From a virus, in IMG/VR virus record IMGVR_UViG_3300048592_000229, positions 4,385 to 68,384 of that record: DNA of 64,000 nucleotides. The stretch is one strand, 5' to 3'. Under the pieces are notes generated by a model. It was given only the letters and a program-made list of their open reading frames with translations. It searched no databases and was not told the DNA's origin. Below are positions 58,418 to 64,000 of the stretch, piece by piece. A program made the position numbers and the translations under genes. Each line of letters starts with the position of its first letter. The stretch's first letter is position 1.

Positions 58418-58677
58418 GTGAGAGACATGCCCAATGCTGGGGCTTCAGCAGCTTGACGGAATGCAAGTTGTCCGACAACGGCGACTTCATCTCCATCAAG
58501 TTCCCCTACGACAAGGTAGACAACCACGTCTTCATCCGCTTGCTCAACATCCAGTGCTTTGACAACTACCAAGACGAACGGATCATCATCGTGACGTCAG
58601 CGGCGACGTACTACCTGTCATCCAGTAACAAGACTCTGATCCAGCAGATCGAACGACTGCTGGTAGAAAGTTTGTGA
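58414..58677 (+). CDS. hypothetical protein
   Basis: ATGA coupling. Confidence 0.5.
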   Translation: MSERHAQCWGFSSLTECKLSDNGDFISIKFPYDKVDNHVFIRLLNIQCFDNYQDERIIIVTSAATYYLSSSNKTLIQQIERLLVESL

Positions 58678-59095
58678 CCATGAAGTTGTTCATCCCGCCG
58701 CTTGGCACGAAGATGAAACTGACGAAGGACTGGACATTCACGCTCCACAGGGAACACAGGAACGACACCTTGTGGTCTGTTCTACGCGGAAGGATGGTTC
58801 GTCTGGCGTGCCGACAAGCCAGTGCATGGCACTGGTCGCGAGACGAAGCCCGAGAAGGCGAAGGCCGTAGCCGTCAGGTTTGTGAAGCGGCAGGAGGCGA
58901 GCAGTGCCGAATGATCGAGCAACACAGACGCCGCCGGGCGTCGTCTACAAGTTCAAGCAGAGTGCGCCGGCAACGATCGACGGCAGATGCCCGTACTGCG
59001 GCGCGCTTGTGGCTCGTGACCATTGCCCGTGCCGTCCAGTTTCGCCGCCGAAGGGATGGCTCCACCGAATACAATCCGATGATCTGGAGTGATGC

Positions 59096-59124
59096 TTGAC
59101 TCCCGCCGACAGGCATCGTAGTAT
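59096..59124 (+). promoter_or_regulatory. sigma70-type promoter
   Basis: TTGACT-17 bp-TAGTAT. Confidence 0.75.
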
Positions 59125-59130
59125 CCAACC

Positions 59131-59243
59131 ACGCCCGCGCATGCTCGCACCTTGCGCACACGGCGACAATTCTGTTTGCCCGGCCTACGGCTGGGGCATC
59201 GGACCGGAAGGATGCGTGCGAGGCGTCCTGACGGTCCGTGTGC
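59131..59243 (+). ncRNA. three-hairpin kissing-loop leader RNA (copy B)
   Basis: Loop CTCGCAC complementary to loop GTGCGAG; shares GGCGACAATTCTGTTTGC and CGGACCG/CGGTCCG with copy C. Confidence 0.75.
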
Positions 59244-59259
59244 ATTTGGAGCGTGAATC

Positions 59260-59502
59260 GTGGCGAAGAAGAACCACATCCAGCTGCTGATCAACAAGCA
59301 TGCCGAAATGCTGGATGGAAACCCGTACTGCTACTTCGAGTTGGCTTACACGCGACAGACTGAGTGGATGGCGTGGATTTGCTCCAAGCCGCGCGAAATG
59401 GACCCGGGCCGCATCGTTCACTGTAGCGGGCAGGGAATGACGCCAGACGATGCGTGCAAGCACGCCCTGTCGGTTCTGGAAAAGGCGGAGGCTGCCGGCT
59501 GA
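59260..59502 (+). CDS. hypothetical protein
   Basis: TTGGAG RBS directly after leader B. Confidence 0.65.
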   Translation: MAKKNHIQLLINKHAEMLDGNPYCYFELAYTRQTEWMAWICSKPREMDPGRIVHCSGQGMTPDDACKHALSVLEKAEAAG

Positions 59503-59535
59503 TGGCCGAGAAGTGGGCCGAGTTTGACCGGGTGC

Positions 59536-59564
59536 TTGACTTCGGACGTCCGGAAGCGTAGACT
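59536..59564 (+). promoter_or_regulatory. sigma70-type promoter
   Basis: TTGACT-17 bp-TAGACT. Confidence 0.75.
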
Positions 59565-59570
59565 TCCCGC

Positions 59571-59685
59571 ACGCCAGAGAATGTGCTACTACCACATCTC
59601 GCAAGGCGACAATTCTGTTTGCGGCCGAAAGGCCAGCACCGGACCGGCGGAGGGCTGTAGTAGAGCCTTCCAACGGTCCGTGCGC
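59571..59685 (+). ncRNA. three-hairpin kissing-loop leader RNA (copy C)
   Basis: Loop CTACTAC complementary to loop GTAGTAG; GAAA tetraloop in the middle hairpin. Confidence 0.75.
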
Positions 59686-59702
59686 TATTTGGAGTGTTAG
59701 TC

Positions 59703-60161
59703 GTGAACGACACGCAGAGTATCAACGAACTTGCCGCCAGCATCCGCAGCAAGGATGCGCTTTCAGCAGATGAGCGACAGGCTCTGGACGCAGCGGCTGC
59801 GCACTTGGAATCGGCGTCGGCTTGCCTTGAAGAAGCGGCGGCGCATCGTCTGGCCGCCGAGTCGTTCCAGATGGGCAGCGTTATCGACTTGGTGGCCCGG
59901 ATGGACCCGGTAGGCCGCACCATCACAGACGCCGAGGCGGTGATCTACAACGTCTTGCAGCGCCGTGGTGGTGCCGCTCCGCTGGCTGCGGTCACACGGG
60001 CGGGCACGCTTGCCGGCATCCCGATTGACACCACTCGCAAGGCCGCGCAGCGGGCGGCAGATCGTGGCCTGATCGAGATGGTGCGCGTTGGCAAGTACAG
60101 CCGGCTTCGGCTTTCCGCCGGCATGAAGATCGTCGGCGCATCGGTGGAGGCCGCTGGCTGA
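59703..60161 (+). CDS. hypothetical protein with winged-helix-like C-terminus
   Basis: TTGGAG RBS; ITDAEAVIY...RAADRGLIEM. Confidence 0.6.
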   Translation: MNDTQSINELAASIRSKDALSADERQALDAAAAHLESASACLEEAAAHRLAAESFQMGSVIDLVARMDPVGRTITDAEAVIYNVLQRRGGAAPLAAVTRAGTLAGIPIDTTRKAAQRAADRGLIEMVRVGKYSRLRLSAGMKIVGASVEAAG

Positions 60162-61246
60162 TGAGAATCCGCACCATCAAGCCCAAATTCTTCCGAACGC
60201 CGAGCCTGTGCAAACTGCCGGCTTCGACTCGGTTGCTGTTTATTGGCTTGTGGTGCCTGGCTGACGGCCACGGCAGACTGAAAGACGATCCCGAGTGGAT
60301 CAAGCTGGAGGTTCTGCCGATGGAGGATTGGAACGTAGATCGTGCCCTTGGCGACCTACAGGAAGCAGGACACATCACTCGATACGCCGCCGCTGGCGTT
60401 CGGGTGATCCAGGTAGTCGGGTTCAACGACCACCAGCGAATCAGCGGCAAGGAAGCCACTGCGGCCAGCAGCTACCCGCCACCTTCAGGCTCCAGCCCTG
60501 ATCCTGTGGATGACGACCCGCGTTCCTCTGACGGCACCGACTGCCAGGATGGGAAGGGCGAGCCACAAACGGACAAGGGAAGCAGTCGAGAAGCAATGGG
60601 GAAGCAACGGGGAAGCAGTGGTGAAGCAGTAGAGTGCAACCGGGAAGTACCCATTGCCCTGGAAGGGAAACGGAAAGGAAGGGAAGGGAAGGGAAACGCG
60701 CGGGGCGCTCCACCCCACCCCCCAGATGATTCGCACGAATCGCACGATGACCTGATGGCCGCAGCCGAATCCATGCGCTGCGCGTCCGGCAGTTACTCTC
60801 CCAGTGCGGAGCAGTCGCCGCCTGAACTCGACCACGAACCGGGTGCAGACTCGCTGGCTGAGCGCCTGATATCCGCCACGGTGGGCCGGTTGTCGCCGCA
60901 GATCAGGGCCGGCGTGTGCGTTGTTCCGACGCCGAAGATCATGGCCGCACTGTCGCGAAAGCTGGGCGGCTGGCCGGATCTGGAGCCGGAGACAATGGCC
61001 GTCGCATTGGCGTGGGCCGGCAAGCATGCCAGCCCACATCTTGCGAAGCATGCGTTCAATTGGGGCCAGTTGGCCGGTGGATCGTTCGGCGACCGGACCG
61101 AACTGGAAGAAATCATTGGCGCGTGGACACTGGCCGGCCGGCCGGGTGTCTGGGACGCAACCGTGTCTGACGACGAGCCCGCGCCACCGCCAGAAGTCAT
61201 TGACGAACGCCGCCGGCAACTAGCCGCGCTGAAAGGCAGGACGTGA
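60161..61246 (+). CDS. phage replication initiator protein
   Basis: RIRTIKPKFF, RLLFIGLWCLADGHGR, FNDHQRI; precedes DnaB; contains iterons. Confidence 0.8.
   Translation: MRIRTIKPKFFRTPSLCKLPASTRLLFIGLWCLADGHGRLKDDPEWIKLEVLPMEDWNVDRALGDLQEAGHITRYAAAGVRVIQVVGFNDHQRISGKEATAASSYPPPSGSSPDPVDDDPRSSDGTDCQDGKGEPQTDKGSSREAMGKQRGSSGEAVECNREVPIALEGKRKGREGKGNARGAPPHPPDDSHESHDDLMAAAESMRCASGSYSPSAEQSPPELDHEPGADSLAERLISATVGRLSPQIRAGVCVVPTPKIMAALSRKLGGWPDLEPETMAVALAWAGKHASPHLAKHAFNWGQLAGGSFGDRTELEEIIGAWTLAGRPGVWDATVSDDEPAPPPEVIDERRRQLAALKGRT
60577..60631 (+). repeat. five tandem 11-bp iterons (putative origin)
   Basis: GGGAAGCAGTC GAGAAGCAATG GGGAAGCAACG GGGAAGCAGTG GTGAAGCAGTA. Confidence 0.7.
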
Positions 61247-62709
61247 ACAACGGAAGCCCCGTCGCGAATCTGGACGCTGAGCAATGCGTGATAGCGTCCG
61301 TGCTGCTGGACAATGCGGCCCTCGACCGCATTTCCCTGCACCCGTCTGACTTCTACTGGTTCCAGCATCGGTATTGCTACGAGGCCATGCAGCGGCTCCA
61401 CGAGCGACGGGAGCCAATCGACTTCGTGACGCTGGCAAACGAGTTGACGCGACTGCGCAACGACGTGAAGGCTGACCGTCTGCGCAGGGTGGACGCGCTT
61501 TCGTGGGACGCTCCAGGACCGGAGTACCTGTCAGACTTGGCAGACAAATTGCCGACGCCGGATAACGTCGCGATGTACGCAAGCATCGTGATCGGATGCT
61601 CACGACTCCGGCACATGATCGAGATTTCCGATCAGATCAAACTGGAATGCCAGGAGTATGCCGGCAACCTGTCGCCACTCTGGCAGAGCATCGAGGAACG
61701 CATTCACAGTGTCACCCGGCGCGATGTGTCCGGCGGCCTGCTGACAAACCTTGCCGTGGCGCGGATGACGGCCGAGAACCTGACCGCTGTCGATGAGCGC
61801 CGCAGCAGCAACGAGCCATGCGTCAGATTCGGGTTGCGTGACGTTGACGAGATGATTGGCCGCATCGGCAGCGAGCTGGTGATCGTGCCGGCACGAAGCG
61901 GCATGGGCAAGTCTGCTCAGATCAACGGGATCGTGCGAGAGAACTCGCTGCTGCAAGACTTCCACTGCCTGTACTGGTCGTGCGAGGTTCTGCCGCAGGA
62001 TGCGCAAGTCAACATTGTCTGCCAGCATGCAAAGATGAACGCCCGCAAGGCTCACGACTGCGCGCTGGCTGACTGGCAGTGGGACCAATTCGTCGCAGCG
62101 TTCCAGGAGATGCAGTCAAACCTGAAAGTCACCTGGCTGGACGTGGAATCTGACTGGATGGCGTTCGTGTCGGCTGCCAGGCGGCTTCACGCTGTCGGAA
62201 AACTGGACTACATCGTGTGCGACCACCTGCACGATATGCCGCCGGTCGAGCGCAACCGGGAGCGTCGGCACGAGCTGTCGGGGCTGGTCAAGGCGCTTGG
62301 CAAGCTGACGCAGGAGTTGAAGTTGCCGATTTTCGTGGCAGCGCAGTTGAACCGCGAGAGCGACAAGCGGCAGGGCGCTGGTGGGACAAAGCCGAAGCTG
62401 ACCGACATTCGAGAGTGCGGTGAAATCGAGCAGCGCGCTGACATCGTGATCGCCCCGTATCGGGAAGGCTACTACACGAAGAACCCGGAGGATGCGTCAA
62501 CGGCGCAGATGATCGTGTTGAAGCGGCGCAACGGCGAGATTGGCGAGGTGGATGTTGGCTGGGATGGGCCGAGCATGCGGTTCTACGACCTGAACCGGAA
62601 GAGCGCGGACGACGACTTGCGCGAGCGTGAGCGGGACCGCGCATTCCAGGAGCGCACGGCAGCGCCGCCAGCCTACCGGGACGCCAACGACGAGATGCCT
62701 GCGATGTGA
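61243..62709 (+). CDS. dnaB: replicative DNA helicase DnaB
   Basis: AEQCVIASVL, ARSGMGKS, IVCDHL, AQLNRE, DIRECGEIEQRAD, KRRNGEIG. Confidence 0.92.
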   Translation: MNNGSPVANLDAEQCVIASVLLDNAALDRISLHPSDFYWFQHRYCYEAMQRLHERREPIDFVTLANELTRLRNDVKADRLRRVDALSWDAPGPEYLSDLADKLPTPDNVAMYASIVIGCSRLRHMIEISDQIKLECQEYAGNLSPLWQSIEERIHSVTRRDVSGGLLTNLAVARMTAENLTAVDERRSSNEPCVRFGLRDVDEMIGRIGSELVIVPARSGMGKSAQINGIVRENSLLQDFHCLYWSCEVLPQDAQVNIVCQHAKMNARKAHDCALADWQWDQFVAAFQEMQSNLKVTWLDVESDWMAFVSAARRLHAVGKLDYIVCDHLHDMPPVERNRERRHELSGLVKALGKLTQELKLPIFVAAQLNRESDKRQGAGGTKPKLTDIRECGEIEQRADIVIAPYREGYYTKNPEDASTAQMIVLKRRNGEIGEVDVGWDGPSMRFYDLNRKSADDDLRERERDRAFQERTAAPPAYRDANDEMPAM

Positions 62710-62735
62710 GGGAGTGGCAAAAAGTAGAATGGCAC

Positions 62736-62764
62736 TTGACGCAAGCGTATTGGCGGGGTAGTCT
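62736..62764 (+). promoter_or_regulatory. sigma70-type promoter
   Basis: TTGACG-17 bp-TAGTCT. Confidence 0.7.
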
Positions 62765-62806
62765 GTATTCAGCGAGGGAGAGAAAGCCACACACGGAGCC
62801 AGAGCC

Positions 62807-63034
62807 ATGACCAAAACCGAAGCCGCCAAGAAGTTTGTCGAAAAGCAAATCGCGCGAGGTCAATCGGTCCTGACCTGCGAGATTCGGGACTACTTCTGCG
62901 GAAATGGCGCATGGAAGCGCGCCCGCCGGGTGCTGGAGCAGATGCAGGCCGCCGGGTTGATCGAAGAAGACGAGCACGCTCCGGAGTGGTGGAGCGGGAC
63001 GGGTTGGCATCCCCTGTCCGCTCTCGTCGGATGA
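62807..63034 (+). CDS. small winged-helix-like protein
   Basis: CGGAG RBS; ARRVLEQMQAAGLI. Confidence 0.6.
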   Translation: MTKTEAAKKFVEKQIARGQSVLTCEIRDYFCGNGAWKRARRVLEQMQAAGLIEEDEHAPEWWSGTGWHPLSALVG

Positions 63035-63106
63035 ACAACCAAACTACCGCTCACCCCGCCTTGCGCGGGGTCGCGGCAGTGACGGACCAACACACGGAGA
63101 ACGACG

Positions 63107-63322
63107 ATGAACCACACCGAACGCACGCTTTCGACGCGGCAGAAGGCTACGCTTGACGCCTTGGCCGACTGGTACTTCAAGCGCGGCATGACGTGGGATC
63201 AAGCTATGACGCGAGCCGGCGTTACCGACAGCGAACGATACCGGCTGGAGACGTGGGGTTACCGGGACGGAGTGACAATCGATCAGTTGCGGGCAGCCGT
63301 GGAAAGCTCGGTGTCGCAATGA
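63107..63322 (+). CDS. hypothetical protein
   Basis: CGGAG RBS. Confidence 0.6.
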   Translation: MNHTERTLSTRQKATLDALADWYFKRGMTWDQAMTRAGVTDSERYRLETWGYRDGVTIDQLRAAVESSVSQ

Positions 63323-63473
63323 ACACTGACGAATTGCGCGAGATTGCGACCGCCGAGAGAATCAGCAAGCGGCTCAAGGAGGCGGAGTCTCTTTTGGGCA
63401 AAGTCTACGACTGCGACGGGTTGGCACACACACCGCTGCGGGAGTCGATTGGCGAGTTTGTCGGGGTGTCGAA

Positions 63474-63761
63474 GTGACCGCCTCCGCATGGTCAGGCGCA
63501 CGCCTACGAGAAGCCCGCGAGCGGCGCGGCTGGTCGCAGGCCACGCTGGCCATCGAATGCGGCGCGCCCCCGAGCGCAATCAGCCATTGGGAGACAGGGC
63601 GACGGCATCCAGCGGCGGATAGCCTTGTCGCGCTGTGCGTGGCGCTGGGGTGCAGCGCGGATTACTTGCTTGGGCTGCCGGAGCGTGGTGTCGGCAACGA
63701 GGAGGCGGCACGGATGAGGGCCGCACTGCGGAGCATCGGCGAGATAGCGGGCGGATCGTGA
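63474..63761 (+). CDS. XRE-family HTH transcriptional regulator
   Basis: RLREARERRGWSQATLA...ISHWETGRRHP...CSADYLLG. Confidence 0.88.
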   Translation: MTASAWSGARLREARERRGWSQATLAIECGAPPSAISHWETGRRHPAADSLVALCVALGCSADYLLGLPERGVGNEEAARMRAALRSIGEIAGGS

Positions 63762-63788
63762 GGGGCGCAGCGAATGCGCGGAATCGTG

Positions 63789-63817
63789 TTGCGCGAACGC
63801 AACGGGTGGGGTAGTCT
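63789..63817 (+). promoter_or_regulatory. sigma70-type promoter
   Basis: TTGCGC-17 bp-TAGTCT; same GGGGTAGTCTG context as the 62736 promoter. Confidence 0.6.
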
Positions 63818-63849
63818 GGATTCAACAGGGAACGAGCAGGAGAGAAGCC

Positions 63850-64000
63850 ATGACGTACAGCGAACTGACCACCAGACGCTACTCGATCTACTGCATGGGC
63901 AACGAGTTCACCACCAGCGTCAGGCAGGGTGTAGGTCACAAGCGCATCGCAATCTCGGCAACGCTTTCCGAGGCAATCGAGGTTGCCGAGCAGCAACGCG
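63850..64000 (+). CDS. 5' part of hypothetical protein (partial)
   Basis: AGGAG RBS, ATG, frame open to the window end. Confidence 0.55.
   Translation, partial: MTYSELTTRRYSIYCMGNEFTTSVRQGVGHKRIAISATLSEAIEVAEQQR

Noticed and set aside
59131-59243. Assignment to P1 C4 antisense RNA or a known riboswitch
   Set aside because: Only one complementary pair per copy and no recognisable consensus; left unassigned pending an Rfam search
59131-59685. CRISPR mini-array or tracrRNA reading of the 18-bp repeat GGCGACAATTCTGTTTGC
   Set aside because: Only two copies ~440 bp apart, separated by a gene and promoter; no cas genes; better explained as a paralogous leader RNA
1-64000. Diversity-generating retroelement, retron or alternative genetic code
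   Set aside because: No reverse transcriptase motifs; core genes read through in the standard code without in-frame stops

Overview
The window looks like most or all of a GC-rich tailed phage genome (Caudoviricetes with a Mu-like head module). Almost all real genes are on the + strand. In order: UvrD helicase and small regulators (0.8-3.7 kb); a glycosyl/sulfo-transferase cluster with tRNA-Gly (3.8-10.1 kb); terminase large subunit with two mini-inteins; two GroES-like genes; portal; a 1,618-aa protein containing a 2H-phosphoesterase domain; an antisense AAA ATPase; protease/scaffold, decoration proteins and major capsid; a lipoprotein/membrane cluster; tail region (32-46 kb); a divergent early promoter pair (47.2-47.3 kb); and recombination/replication genes (nuclease, ERF, SSB, SNF2 helicase, methyltransferase, beta clamp, initiator with iterons, DnaB). 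I recognise no integrase, DNA polymerase, endolysin or CRISPR array. The strongest candidates for new biology are three. (1) Three promoter-proximal leader RNAs, each with three hairpins whose first and third loops are exactly complementary and co-vary between copies (kissing loops). (2) The giant post-portal ORF, which looks like a polyprotein punctuated by an F-[A/S] motif that also recurs in the prohead protease/scaffold, and carries an Acb1-like 2H domain. (3) A glycan-modification cluster in which one enzyme is fused to a paralog of the prohead-protease domain. All family calls come from reading motifs by eye; no database search was run.
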